The notes beneath the pieces are model-generated. The model worked only from the letters and a program-made list of their open reading frames with translations. It searched no databases and was not told the DNA's origin. A stretch of DNA of 64,000 nucleotides from an uncultured virus (IMG/VR IMGVR_UViG_3300023174_000139) (lineage: Duplodnaviria > Heunggongvirae > Uroviricota > Caudoviricetes). Position numbers and translations under genes: made by a program. The stretch lies in IMG/VR virus record IMGVR_UViG_3300023174_000139. The stretch is one strand, 5' to 3'. Below are positions 1-9,180 of this stretch, piece after piece (within the stretch, counting starts at the first letter, position 1; each line of letters opens with the position of its first letter).

Positions 1-1341
1 ATCTTTCGTTGCTTGATCTACGAATGTAAATACATAAGCACCATCAATCTTGTCTCCTAATTCATTCCAAAGAGTAGCAAGACGATGAGTTACTCCCATA
101 GCTGAACCAGTATCATTGACTAGGATTTTATGCGTCTTTTCACAAAGAATCCTTTTAGCTTCATTCTCTGAATTTAATTTTGTGCTTCTGCGAGACTTCT
201 GATAAAACTTTGAAGTCAATTTGCCATTCTCAATCATCTTCGCAATCTTATCATTGAAATCAATATGATTATCAGTAATAGTTTTGCTATTCCAAGTAAC
301 CTTGTTGCTCAAAGCATTACGAACAATGTAACCCAAACTGCCATAAGTTCCAAAGACTTCATTATAAAGAGCTTTGGCATCATAGATGTTTGTAGAATCT
401 TTGAATTGTTGAGAGATGCACTCTGCCATCTCCTTCTTAATCTTGCGAAACTTTTCTCTGATAGCTTTTCTAGTCTTTTCAGTATATTCTAGATTCTCAC
501 GGCTTGCTGTAATATCTAGTTCGCCAAGTTCAAACTCGACTTCAAATCCTTGAGAGCAAATACTTTGCTCATCAGAATCTTCTTTGAATTGCACATCGCT
601 AGTTTCGATAGGATAACCAACTCCCATAATAGCAACAGATTCTTTACCATAGCTAGAGTTATTATAATAAGCCCAACCATTACCTTTAAATACTGGTGTG
701 CGATCATAGATTTCTGATAAATCTTCTTTTCTTGCACCTTTGATAATTGGCTTGTTCTTGAAATACTTAAACAATTCTTGAGCAGTAGACAAGAATGTTT
801 CTGTATCTTCTTCTTTGATTGGAACAGAAATCAAAACGCCAGTAGGCTCGGAAGATTTTTCTTCCTTGAGCTTAACGATCTTGCCAATTTTAGTTTCATC
901 AATAAAAGCATTGTAAGTAGTTTTCTTGCCATCGTGATAAGAAATTAAAACAAAGTTATCACCATAACTGAATGGTGCGAATTTTCCAATGCCATAATAT
1001 CCAATAGCAGAATTACTATTGCGTTTGGTAGATTCACCATAGTAGCAATAAAGATTCTTAATATCATCAGCAGAAAGGCCATTACCAAAATCTCTGATAG
1101 TTAAGGTAGGCTCTAGCTTTGTAGGAAGTTTAATCTCAATAGGACGCTTGCTCTTTGCTTCGATATTAGCGTCTTGTGCATTACAAGTAATCTCACGCAA
1201 TACTGCGAGAGGCTTGTTGGAATACAACTGATTGCGAAGGATGTTAAAGATATAAGGAAGTCCAGATTGTTTGATTCCGAAACTTACGGACTCAAAACTA
1301 TCGGACTCGACTACATTGATTGGTTTTTCGATTAATTTCAT
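1..1341 (-). CDS. rIIA: rIIA-like protein with N-terminal GHKL/HSP90-type ATPase domain (3' end runs off window)
   Basis: Not in ORF track. Manual translation from ATG at 1341: MKLIEKPINVVESDSF...LYSNKPLAVLREITCNAQDA...LTIRDFGNGLS...YGESTKRNSNSAIGYYGIGKFAPFSY, the GHKL motifs typical of phage rIIA. Promoter immediately upstream. Confidence 0.8.
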   Translation of the reverse strand, partial: MKLIEKPINVVESDSFESVSFGIKQSGLPYIFNILRNQLYSNKPLAVLREITCNAQDANIEAKSKRPIEIKLPTKLEPTLTIRDFGNGLSADDIKNLYCYYGESTKRNSNSAIGYYGIGKFAPFSYGDNFVLISYHDGKKTTYNAFIDETKIGKIVKLKEEKSSEPTGVLISVPIKEEDTETFLSTAQELFKYFKNKPIIKGARKEDLSEIYDRTPVFKGNGWAYYNNSSYGKESVAIMGVGYPIETSDVQFKEDSDEQSICSQGFEVEFELGELDITASRENLEYTEKTRKAIREKFRKIKKEMAECISQQFKDSTNIYDAKALYNEVFGTYGSLGYIVRNALSNKVTWNSKTITDNHIDFNDKIAKMIENGKLTSKFYQKSRRSTKLNSENEAKRILCEKTHKILVNDTGSAMGVTHRLATLWNELGDKIDGAYVFTFVDQATKD

Positions 1342-1402
1342 ATTCTTAATATAAATGAATTTTAATTTAGAGTCAAACAGATTTTATAAAATATTTTCTT
1401 TG

Positions 1403-1792
1403 TCAAGCGTTAAATTCTGCAAACTCTTGAGGCACAACAACATTCGAAGGATAAGAAATAAACATAGGAGCAATATCTTTAATAGTATATCCAGCTAAAC
1501 CACAACCGATCTTGGTTACTAAGAAATCTTTTAGAGGATAAGTCTTTGCTACATCTAGAAATTCATTTACATAAAATTTAATATATCTTAACGGCAAGGC
1601 ATTTAAGTTATGATCTTTGGTAGGAATAGCGTAGCTCTTTCCTTGAAATCCAACTCCTTGACCCCATTTTGCACTAAATTTATCTAATGCTAGTTTAGCT
1701 GTGCCTCCAGCGTGAATACCAAATAGGTTTGAGCCAAATACAAATACTTGGCAATCAGCAAGAGATTGAATATTTTCTGGTGTGTATTTCAT
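1403..1792 (-). CDS. Conserved phage protein (A1S_2505-like family, macrodomain-like)
   Basis: VFVFGSNLFGIHAGGTA...SYAIPTK...FLVTKIGCGLAGY signature; start moved to the ATG at 1792 (MKYTPENI). Confidence 0.65.
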   Translation of the reverse strand: MKYTPENIQSLADCQVFVFGSNLFGIHAGGTAKLALDKFSAKWGQGVGFQGKSYAIPTKDHNLNALPLRYIKFYVNEFLDVAKTYPLKDFLVTKIGCGLAGYTIKDIAPMFISYPSNVVVPQEFAEFNA

Positions 1793-1793
1793 T

Positions 1794-2051
1794 TTATTCG
1801 TGATGTTTGCAACCTTGATGCTCAAAAGTTAAGAGTCCACATCTATGACTTTTGCTATTACAGCATACTCCCCAATCGTTCCCAAGATCATTTTCCAAAT
1901 TTAAATAATGCTTACAACCCATAGAACAATCTGGATAATTTTCGTTTTCGTTTTCCCATCTAATTACTTTGCCAAAAGGTTCGTAATCTTCTTCTTTCTT
2001 AATTACTATTTCAAGTAAGTGATCGTGATTATTCATATTTGTCTCTATCAA
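1794..2051 (-). CDS. Small Cys-rich protein, DUF3027-like
   Basis: DCSMGCKHY...DWGVCCN...GLLTFEHQGC pattern. Confidence 0.45.
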   Translation of the reverse strand: MIETNMNNHDHLLEIVIKKEEDYEPFGKVIRWENENENYPDCSMGCKHYLNLENDLGNDWGVCCNSKSHRCGLLTFEHQGCKHHE

Positions 2052-3141
2052 TATTTATAACATAAGGAAATCTTGGCACATCATCTGGCGTGTAATTGAA
2101 GAATTTTATGGTAGCTTTCTTACCCACTAATTCATTTCTTTGCTTATAAAGTTCTTTGAGATAACCAAAGTCACCTTTGATATTACTCTTAAAGTATCTA
2201 CCTTGTGCGTTTGTAAATTCCATATATCCAGCAGTTCCTTTACGATTGCCTTCGCCTTCTTTGACTCCGTTGATAATAAATTCAGCATCCATAAACTCTT
2301 TTCTTTTAAGAAGAAATTTACTACGCTTATTTTCATAAGGTCGATTTAGTCTAACCATTTGACCTTCATAGCCTTGTTCCATATACATTTCGTAGGCTTG
2401 AGTTAATTCTTCTTCTTTGCTTACTTTTAAAGTAGTCACAACAACAATGCTAGTATATTTTCTTTTAGTAAGAGCATTAGAAACTAATTCATATCTCTCA
2501 TAGAATAAATCTTTCTCATTTAATAAACCAATTCTAGGAGCATCATAAACCCAATATTGAATACTATCTGCACTTTCCTCTAATTCTTTATCGTCTGGCT
2601 TCGTTCTTTTGACCAAACTACAAATCTTATTAAAATCATTAGCAAACTTATCGCAATATAATTCACCATCAAGAATTGCATTAGGATAATCTTTAAAGAA
2701 TAAATCAAGATTACTGCGAATATGAGGAGCAGAAACAACCTTCTTGCCGTTCCTAGTGAACATTCCTTCTTTGGTCACGATGCAACGAATACCATCGAGT
2801 TTGGGTTGGCTATAAACTGGATAACTAATTTCGTGATCTTCATACTTTTGTGCAAGCATTGGCTCAAAGTATTGAACCTTGTTAATATCTTTGATAGATT
2901 CAAAGTAACCAGATTCTAGCTTTTTCTTTCGTTTAGCTTCTGCTTCTTTTAAGCATTGTTCTTCTGGAGTTGTAGCATTTGCTTTGCCAGCATTTTTAAT
3001 TTCGCAATCGCTCCAATTATTTGTTATCTTTTCTCCATCGGTTTGACCAGAGATTGTGCGGTATTGACTACCTTTGACTTCAATAGTCCACTCTTGGACT
3101 TTGCCAGTCTTTGTCTTTTTATAAATTGTAGGTAACTTCAT
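2029..3141 (-). CDS. lig: ATP-dependent DNA ligase with N-terminal extension
   Basis: Motif I QPKLDGIRC, LDGELY, GYEGQMVR, LLKRK, PRFP. Confidence 0.92.
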   Translation of the reverse strand: MKLPTIYKKTKTGKVQEWTIEVKGSQYRTISGQTDGEKITNNWSDCEIKNAGKANATTPEEQCLKEAEAKRKKKLESGYFESIKDINKVQYFEPMLAQKYEDHEISYPVYSQPKLDGIRCIVTKEGMFTRNGKKVVSAPHIRSNLDLFFKDYPNAILDGELYCDKFANDFNKICSLVKRTKPDDKELEESADSIQYWVYDAPRIGLLNEKDLFYERYELVSNALTKRKYTSIVVVTTLKVSKEEELTQAYEMYMEQGYEGQMVRLNRPYENKRSKFLLKRKEFMDAEFIINGVKEGEGNRKGTAGYMEFTNAQGRYFKSNIKGDFGYLKELYKQRNELVGKKATIKFFNYTPDDVPRFPYVINIDRDKYE

Positions 3142-3172
3142 AGTCTCAGTTTATACTGGACTAGCCAACTTG

Positions 3173-3361
3173 TCAAATTTTGTTTTTTTTTGATTTAGAA
3201 GGAGTTGCGACTTTAATCAAACTCCAAGAACCATCTTTGTTATCTTGCCAATCAATCGTATCACCGATTTTCCATCCCATCTTTTTAATTAAAGAATCTG
3301 GTAATTCAATATATTGGTATCCATCTTTCTCTTTGACTTCTAAAATATGAGGTTTTTTCAT
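3173..3361 (-). CDS. AbrB/MazE/SpoVT-family DNA-binding protein
   Basis: YIELPDSLIKKMGWKIGDTIDW swapped-hairpin motif; likely start MKKPHILEV overlapping the upstream stop (ATGA). Confidence 0.65.
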   Translation of the reverse strand: MKKPHILEVKEKDGYQYIELPDSLIKKMGWKIGDTIDWQDNKDGSWSLIKVATPSKSKKNKI

Positions 3362-4005
3362 CTTGGCGTTAAAACCTTTATTAAGGTTTTTATACCTTTC
3401 CATTGTAGCCAATTTAAGAAACTTATAATACGATTAATTACATTATAGAGCTTCCATTCAATTTTTTCAAAAGTTCTAACATAATATTTAAAATAAAAAC
3501 TATAAACTGGACACTTCATTTTTGATTTGTGATCGTCCATTTTTTTAAAAAAATTCTCATCGGATTCTATTCTGTCTTTAGATGAGTGTTTTTCTATTGG
3601 AGTAATTAAAGATATTTCTGTAAGCAATCCTTTTACTACAACGCATTTCCAGTCTGGAAAAAGATCATAGCTTTCTTTTGTTTCGCCATAAATATAATTT
3701 CCAAAAGTGAATGTTCCAGTATAATCATCCCTAAAAACTTCTTCTCTACTATCTTCTACCCATCTATTTTTATTAAAAAATTCACTAAATTTAGTCTCGC
3801 CTTTTACATAAGATGGATTATCTTCCCAATGACCATCTACTTTTAATTCAAATAATCTATAATCACGGATAATATAAGTAATCATAGCATTATCCTCTAA
3901 TTCTTTTGTTTGATATTCTTCTTTCTTAAAGTCAATATTAAGAGCTTTCAATTCCTCATTAAGAGGTAAATCTTGCTCGACTTTGATATAATTAAACATT
4001 CCCAT
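3358..4005 (-). CDS. Hypothetical phage protein
   Basis: 215-aa ORF beginning MGMFNYI, promoter-like sequence upstream. Confidence 0.6.
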   Translation of the reverse strand: MGMFNYIKVEQDLPLNEELKALNIDFKKEEYQTKELEDNAMITYIIRDYRLFELKVDGHWEDNPSYVKGETKFSEFFNKNRWVEDSREEVFRDDYTGTFTFGNYIYGETKESYDLFPDWKCVVVKGLLTEISLITPIEKHSSKDRIESDENFFKKMDDHKSKMKCPVYSFYFKYYVRTFEKIEWKLYNVINRIISFLNWLQWKGIKTLIKVLTPR

Positions 4006-4022
4006 ATACTATATATTATCTT

Positions 4023-4688
4023 TTATTTAATTTTTGTCAATCTTATATTGCCTTTTTTATCTATAACAACATAAGCACATTCTTTTTCGCAAAAACTACC
4101 AGTATTTATATATTTATCATCATCTTCTGGAAGATGAGTATGACCACAGATTATTTTATCGTATCCATTTATATTCATATATTTTAAAGCATTTTGTTTA
4201 ATATCTGAACTTTTTTCAACAAAATCATTTGTATGATGTTTAAATAATCTAAAGAAATTTTCTGCGAATGGAGTATAATGTCTAAAAAGATAATATAGAT
4301 TAATAATAAAATTTGTTATCCATTTATATTTTGTAAAGTAAATATCAAAAATATCTCCGTGGACTACTAATACTTTAGTATCTTTTAATTCTATAATATG
4401 TTCATCTTTGCAATTAAACCCAAGGAGAATACTCATAAACTCTGCTTTGAGAAAACAATGATTACCAATTAAATAAATTATCTTGCATTTTTTAGAAAGT
4501 TTTCGTAATTTAGATAATACTTTCCAATGAGTTTTATTTAATCTATGAAGATTGTGGTGGTCAAAAAGATCACCAGCAATTATAATTGTTTTTGCTTTGT
4601 TTTGTTTTAATACTTTTAATAGGATTTCTCCCTTGCAATCTTTATCTCCGAGATGAATGTCTGATACTATTAAATATTTATTTTCCAT
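4023..4688 (-). CDS. Calcineurin-like metallophosphoesterase, LpxH/YbbF-like
   Basis: SDIHLG, GDLFD, GNH, HGDIFD, CGHTH, NTGS motifs. Confidence 0.8.
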   Translation of the reverse strand: MENKYLIVSDIHLGDKDCKGEILLKVLKQNKAKTIIIAGDLFDHHNLHRLNKTHWKVLSKLRKLSKKCKIIYLIGNHCFLKAEFMSILLGFNCKDEHIIELKDTKVLVVHGDIFDIYFTKYKWITNFIINLYYLFRHYTPFAENFFRLFKHHTNDFVEKSSDIKQNALKYMNINGYDKIICGHTHLPEDDDKYINTGSFCEKECAYVVIDKKGNIRLTKIK

Positions 4689-4689
4689 T

Positions 4690-5061
4690 TTAAAATACTT
4701 TTTTTAGGTATTCTGCTATTTCGTGAAACTTATCTATACTATATCTTTGCCTACCAAGATTCGATAGTCTTGTGCATATAACAATATTCTGCTTATGATA
4801 ACCTTGGCTTTCATCTAGTCTATCTGCACTAGGAGCGAGTGGATGCCACTTTGAGTATAACAAATCCAACTCCATTGGCACATTGAACCAAAAGCACCTA
4901 GCATTTTGATTTTCGTATATTTCTTTTAAATCTTGTGCCGTAACACTTACTGGAATTTTCTGCCCTAATCTACTTTTCGTCATAGCTCTTGCTCTACCAC
5001 CAGAATTTTTAATATTGCTTAAAAGTTTTGAGAATGGACTTCTTTTTCTTCCTCTTTTCAT
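4690..5061 (-). CDS. HNH-like endonuclease-family protein
   Basis: C...PSADRLDESQGYHKQNIVICT...N resembles the phage SxDRID..GY..N motif. Confidence 0.55.
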   Translation of the reverse strand: MKRGRKRSPFSKLLSNIKNSGGRARAMTKSRLGQKIPVSVTAQDLKEIYENQNARCFWFNVPMELDLLYSKWHPLAPSADRLDESQGYHKQNIVICTRLSNLGRQRYSIDKFHEIAEYLKKVF

Positions 5062-5068
5062 AAGTTAA

Positions 5069-5158
5069 TTACCAATGATGTATTGCGTTAATTATAAGCA
5101 CGATATTAGCAATTACACCAAGAATAACTATGAACATTTCATACAACTTGTGCGTCAT
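5069..5158 (-). CDS. 29-aa hydrophobic small protein
   Basis: Manual translation MTHKLYEMFIVILGVIANIVLIINAIHHW; ATGA overlap with uvsE stop; fills the gap. Confidence 0.45.
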   Translation of the reverse strand: MTHKLYEMFIVILGVIANIVLIINAIHHW

Positions 5159-6054
5159 AAGTTTGCAAAAGATTGCTCTTTCATCTTTAATTCAAAATCA
5201 ACATCTATATTATCATAACCATAGGTATTTGGCAAGTTTTTTGCATAGTCGGCGTGTTTTCGTGGATTTTTATGTCCATCTATACTTTCAGAGTAATGGA
5301 ACAATGGAGTATGATTGCCCCAAGTAATTCGTGCAAGATGAAATGCTTGTTCCTCTGATAGATTATCTGGATGGCATTTGTGGTGAAGATAATCAAAAGT
5401 AATAGGAATATTAGAAACAGAATGAAAATACTTCATAAGTTTTTTAACTGACCAACAAGTATCTTTATCGTCATTCTCAATAACTAATCTAGACTTAACA
5501 TCTTCTGATAGTTTTTCAAAGTTACTCATAAACTTTTTTACAATAGAATTTAAATTTCCTTTTGAATTATGTATGTGCATATTCATAGGAGAATCATAGT
5601 TAAGAGAACAACCGATTTGTGTCATAAACCAACCATAGTGATTTAATTCTTTAATTGTTTTAGTAATTGCATTTTCGTTATCACTTGCAAGAACATTAAA
5701 TTCGCTAGGATGACAAGATACTCTAACATTTTTAGATTGAATAAGGTTCTTGATACTATCAAATGATACTAATATTTTATGATAGTCTGGTAAATCTTCT
5801 AGCTTTACATTTGCTTTGTCATAAGTAATAAGAGGAAATAGATCAGAGGAAATCCTATAAGTATGATTATGGTCTGCACAATACTTTATGTATTGATATG
5901 TAGTTGTCATATTGTTTAATATCCTAGAGGATAGAGTAGAAAGGGCTTCCTTTCTATCCATAGACGAAAAACGAGCATAAGTCATAGTATTGAACTTGAT
6001 GGGATTATCTTGTTCAACTAGACTCAATACGATACAACAAACTCCTTTTCTCAT
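5155..6054 (-). CDS. uvsE: UV damage endonuclease (UVDE)
   Basis: YRISSDLFP, HPSEFNVLAS, LVIENDD, ITFDYLHH, HYSES, RKHAD, ELKMKE. Confidence 0.92.
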   Translation of the reverse strand: MRKGVCCIVLSLVEQDNPIKFNTMTYARFSSMDRKEALSTLSSRILNNMTTTYQYIKYCADHNHTYRISSDLFPLITYDKANVKLEDLPDYHKILVSFDSIKNLIQSKNVRVSCHPSEFNVLASDNENAITKTIKELNHYGWFMTQIGCSLNYDSPMNMHIHNSKGNLNSIVKKFMSNFEKLSEDVKSRLVIENDDKDTCWSVKKLMKYFHSVSNIPITFDYLHHKCHPDNLSEEQAFHLARITWGNHTPLFHYSESIDGHKNPRKHADYAKNLPNTYGYDNIDVDFELKMKEQSFANL

Positions 6055-6100
6055 AGTAAGAGTATATTACTCTTTGTCAAATCTGTCAATACTCTATATA

Positions 6101-6298
6101 TTATTTGTAAATGTATGTAGATGAACCATTTTGTTTTTTTAATTCTTTTTTAATCAACGACTTATCTTTTTCATCTGACCAATTTATACTATCAAAGTTT
6201 TCTTTAAAACTATTAGAGAAACAATTTCTTGGCGAGTCACCTTTTCCAGCTTCATTATTTGGCTGAGATTGATTCATATTTGGACTTTTTTGATTCAT
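6101..6298 (-). CDS. Hypothetical small protein
   Basis: 65-aa ORF with GKGDSPRN...NFDSINW; its N-terminus is built from 21-bp repeats. Confidence 0.5.
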   Translation of the reverse strand: MNQKSPNMNQSQPNNEAGKGDSPRNCFSNSFKENFDSINWSDEKDKSLIKKELKKQNGSSTYIYK

Positions 6299-6390
6299 AT
6301 ATTTGGCTTTTTTGTGTTCACAAATATAGATATTTGGCTAAATCCTATTCACAAATAGGAATATATTTAGCTTAATCTCGTTAGCAAGTA
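6256..6390. repeat. Degenerate repeat array with TATTTGG core; further copy at 6727-6753
   Basis: TATTTGG at 6256, 6277, 6300, 6331, TATTTAG at 6364, TATTTGG at 6727; longer copies end in TTCACAAATA or TTAGCAARTA. Confidence 0.7.
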
Positions 6391-6684
6391 TTACTTTTTA
6401 AAATCACCAAGATCACGATCAAAAGAAAACTTTCCAGGTTTTTCTACAAGACCTTCATAAGTTTCTTCTGTGCATCCAGCCATTTCAGTAAATGGAGCTA
6501 CTACTGCAAAAATTCCAAATGCACCAATGGTTGCTGCGCTAGAGATTGGACGAACCAATACAAGATCTCCAAAAGCTAAAAAACCATCTGCTACTGGAGA
6601 GGATTCACTTTGAGTGCCAGTATCAGACAAGCCTAGAGAGGCAGAAAATAGTGCTATTAATGCTAATGTTTTAATTTTATTCAT
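6391..6684 (-). CDS. Hypothetical exported/membrane protein
   Basis: Signal peptide MNKIKTLALIALFSASLG, then hydrophobic DLVLVRP...VAPF segment. Confidence 0.6.
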   Translation of the reverse strand: MNKIKTLALIALFSASLGLSDTGTQSESSPVADGFLAFGDLVLVRPISSAATIGAFGIFAVVAPFTEMAGCTEETYEGLVEKPGKFSFDRDLGDFKK

Positions 6685-6762
6685 ATTATTATATTATATA
6701 TAGATATAATGATTTCGTCAAGTATATATTTGGCATTTTTGTATTAGCAAATATGATATTTT

Positions 6763-6849
6763 CGGAACGAGTAGGATTCGAACCCACGGATGGAGTAAAC
6801 CATCGGAAGTTTAGTAAACTTCTGCTTTAGACCACTCAGCCATCGTTCC
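6763..6849 (-). tRNA. tRNA-Ser, anticodon ACT (A34)
   Basis: Acceptor GGAACGA/TCGTTCC, G73, anticodon arm GAAGT-TTACTAA-ACTTC, long variable arm, T arm GTGGG-TTCGAAT-CCTAC; no encoded CCA. Confidence 0.88.
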
Positions 6850-6851
6850 AT

Positions 6852-6923
6852 CTGCCTAGCTAGGATTCGAACCTAGAACCACTTCCTTAACAGGGAAACA
6901 CTCTACCGTTGAGTTACTAGGCA
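6852..6923 (-). tRNA. tRNA-Asn(GTT)
   Basis: Acceptor TGCCTAG/CTAGGCA, anticodon loop CTGTTAA, TTCGAAT T loop. Confidence 0.9.
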
Positions 6924-6928
6924 AAAAA

Positions 6929-7219
6929 TTAATTATTGTTCTCTGCAACTTCATTCACATGTTCTTTTATTAAATTATATATTCTTACTTCTTCTTTGTT
7001 AGCTTTTCTTTCTACTCTAGATAGATTATTAAATTTATATTCTTTTAATTGGTGATGCTTGAAATGATATACTGGTTTATTTGAATATATTTCATTAGTA
7101 AATCTGATATATCTAAAAGGCAAAACTTCGCCTTTGATTTTATAAAGAGTTCCTAATACTGGTTGCTCTTTTTCTTCCTCAAATACTCCATCAATAAAAT
7201 CTAGAATTTTTTTTAACAT
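6929..7219 (-). CDS. Hypothetical protein
   Basis: ORF track; likely start MLKKILDF at 7219. Confidence 0.5.
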   Translation of the reverse strand: MLKKILDFIDGVFEEEKEQPVLGTLYKIKGEVLPFRYIRFTNEIYSNKPVYHFKHHQLKEYKFNNLSRVERKANKEEVRIYNLIKEHVNEVAENNN

Positions 7220-7397
7220 TTTTCTTTTTCCTTTTGGGTTTAACATATTTCCAAATTTTTCCATTAGTATCTAAATCAACACTCCATAGCATTACTTTGT
7301 TGTAAATTTTAAATCCATATCCATCTCCCCAAAACATTAGTGTTCTGCTTATAATATCGCCTACAAGGTATAAAATATATGATAATGCTATTCTCAT
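7191..7397 (-). CDS. Hypothetical small protein
   Basis: 68-aa ORF starting 6 nt after a TTGACT-N17-TAATAT promoter. Confidence 0.55.
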   Translation of the reverse strand: MRIALSYILYLVGDIISRTLMFWGDGYGFKIYNKVMLWSVDLDTNGKIWKYVKPKRKKKNVKKNSRFY

Positions 7398-7446
7398 ATT
7401 TATATATTATATAAATTTTATAAGAAAGTCAATATAATTAAAACAA

Positions 7447-7518
7447 GCCAGAATAGCACAGCGGTAGTGCAACGGTTTTGTAAACCGTAGGTCATCGGTT
7501 CGAATCCGATTTCTGGCT
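7447..7518 (+). tRNA. tRNA-Thr(TGT)
   Basis: GCCAGAA/TTCTGGC acceptor, ACGGT-TTTGTAA-ACCGT anticodon arm, ATCGG-TTCGAAT-CCGAT T arm. Confidence 0.92.
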
Positions 7519-7519
7519 C

Positions 7520-7735
7520 TTATTTTCTTTTTTTGGGAATAAAATAAACTATGGCTTCATCACCATATACTTCAAAAGATTTTAATTTGTAATTTTTATT
7601 TTCAAGCATATTTTTTAATTCATTAATATATTCGCTTTTCATGTAAACTATTATTTTGTCGTTATCTTTAGAATCAATTCCGTATTCTTCTGCAAATTCA
7701 GAACAAATAGCTAGCGCTTCACTTTGATTGCTCAC
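7520..7735 (-). CDS. Hypothetical protein (GTG start)
   Basis: 71-aa ORF preceded by the GTGTAA motif. Confidence 0.5.
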   Translation of the reverse strand: MSNQSEALAICSEFAEEYGIDSKDNDKIIVYMKSEYINELKNMLENKNYKLKSFEVYGDEAIVYFIPKKRK

Positions 7736-7750
7736 TAATAGTTTACACTA

Positions 7751-8746
7751 TTAAATGAAAGATTTATTTCCAGAAAAAGTAATTTCGCAATATTCCTTGA
7801 ATTCATTTGTTATGTATTCTTTCATATTGTCAAAATCATTAAACTTAATAAAGTTTGGCCCATCTTTATTATTATCTAAAATTAACTTATAAATATTTAT
7901 TTCTTGAAGAATATCGCATTTGTTTATAATAAGTTTATTTGTGCCAGAAATTTTTATAGCTTGCTTCAAATGATTTAATCTCAACCAATTAACGATTCTT
8001 TTACGGCCAGTAGTTGACCCGAATTCTTTACCAAGTTCTATAATCTTATTGAGATTTTCATCTTGCCATAGTGAATCTGGAAAAAGAGGATCGACTCCAC
8101 TTTTAGTGTCATAAATTTTAGCAACACCAATAATATCTCTTATTTTTTTAGGAGAAAATCCTAACGAACAAGCCGAGTAAGGTAATGTCTCACTACTAGT
8201 AACATAAGGATAATCTCCATAATTTAAATCTAACCAAAAACTTTGAGCACCTTCGCAAAGTATATTGCCGTAAAGATTACCATCCCAAAGGTATCGTTTG
8301 TCGAGATAATCTTTTGCAAGTTTGCCGACTCTCAAAGCTTTATCTGAATAACAAGGAGCGATGCCTTGGCCAGTTGTGCCAAGTTTAGGTTTTAAAAACT
8401 TAAGATCATATTGAATATGTCTTTCAGTAATAATATGAGCTTTGGGACTTACTTTGATTAATGATGTATCAAATCCTTCTTTCTTAAGATATTCTATTTC
8501 GTCAAAAAATTTATCAATATTGATAACGCAGTTTGGCCCAATGACGCTGAGTTTATTTTGAAAAACTCCACAAGGAATAATATGAGTTTTATATTTTTTA
8601 TCATTAATATAAACTGTGTGACCTGCATTGGGACCACCATTCCACCTACAAACAATATCATAATTTTTAGATATAGCATTACTTATTTTGCCCTTGCCTT
8701 CGTCGCCCCAAGCTAGTCCAAAAATAACATCAACTGCTTTGATCAT
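7751..8746 (-). CDS. purA: Adenylosuccinate synthetase (short form)
   Basis: WGDEGKGK, GGPNAGHT, GTTGQGIAP, EGAQ, YPYVTSS, EFGSTTGRKR, NKCD. Confidence 0.93.
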   Translation of the reverse strand: MIKAVDVIFGLAWGDEGKGKISNAISKNYDIVCRWNGGPNAGHTVYINDKKYKTHIIPCGVFQNKLSVIGPNCVINIDKFFDEIEYLKKEGFDTSLIKVSPKAHIITERHIQYDLKFLKPKLGTTGQGIAPCYSDKALRVGKLAKDYLDKRYLWDGNLYGNILCEGAQSFWLDLNYGDYPYVTSSETLPYSACSLGFSPKKIRDIIGVAKIYDTKSGVDPLFPDSLWQDENLNKIIELGKEFGSTTGRKRIVNWLRLNHLKQAIKISGTNKLIINKCDILQEINIYKLILDNNKDGPNFIKFNDFDNMKEYITNEFKEYCEITFSGNKSFI

Positions 8747-9017
8747 TTTCTGCTATTTTATTAATTTGTTCTACACTAGTATTTTTATTTTTTAAGTCAT
8801 TCAAATATTTTTCTAAATTATCTTTTGCTCTATTACAATAATCTTGACCACTGCTACCACAACATTTTTTAAACTTCTTATTAGAGAATGGACATGTTGC
8901 ATTTCTATTAATTTTAGGAAATACTCTTACTATTGGAGAAAAATCGGTGGCTCTTCCATATGGGGTATTTCCCCATTCTACTTTTTTATTTATTTCGTTT
9001 TCTATATTATCGCTCAT
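8730..9017 (-). CDS. SEC-C motif-like protein
   Basis: RNATCPFSNKKFKKCCG resembles RNDPCPCGSGKKYKKCCG. Confidence 0.55.
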   Translation of the reverse strand: MSDNIENEINKKVEWGNTPYGRATDFSPIVRVFPKINRNATCPFSNKKFKKCCGSSGQDYCNRAKDNLEKYLNDLKNKNTSVEQINKIAENDQSS

Positions 9018-9174
9018 TTTTAATTTCCATCATTAACTCTTTCAATGTATTTAGATGAAAAACATTCCAATCTACTCCTGCTTTTTTGCCTTCATGTTTT
9101 TTATAATCATCATACAGATTCTTCTCTATGATTTGATCTAAAAGCTGCAACGCTTTATCTAAATTTGATTGCAT
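9007..9174 (-). CDS. Hypothetical 55-aa protein
   Basis: Manual translation MQSNLDKALQLLDQIIEK...WNVFHLNTLKELMMEIKNER; ATG 6 nt after TTGACT-N17-TATAAT. Confidence 0.55.
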   Translation of the reverse strand: MQSNLDKALQLLDQIIEKNLYDDYKKHEGKKAGVDWNVFHLNTLKELMMEIKNER

Positions 9175-9180
9175 ATCAGT

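Noticed and set aside
265..737. ORF-track ORFs 265-492 and 516-737, and similar short ORFs nested in long genes
   Set aside because: They lie antisense or out of frame inside well-supported genes (here the rIIA-like CDS) and show no motifs.
6256..6390. CRISPR array
   Set aside because: Repeats are short and degenerate, the period is irregular at 21-33 bp, and there is no room for spacers.
6763..6849. Amber suppressor tRNA (CTA) and stop-codon recoding
   Set aside because: The 7-nt loop TTACTAA centres on ACT, and long genes translate intact with the standard code.
7751..8746. PurZ (2-aminoadenine Z-genome)
   Set aside because: The motif is GDEGKGK with the PurA catalytic Asp; PurZ has Ser there. 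No DatZ or MazZ recognised nearby.
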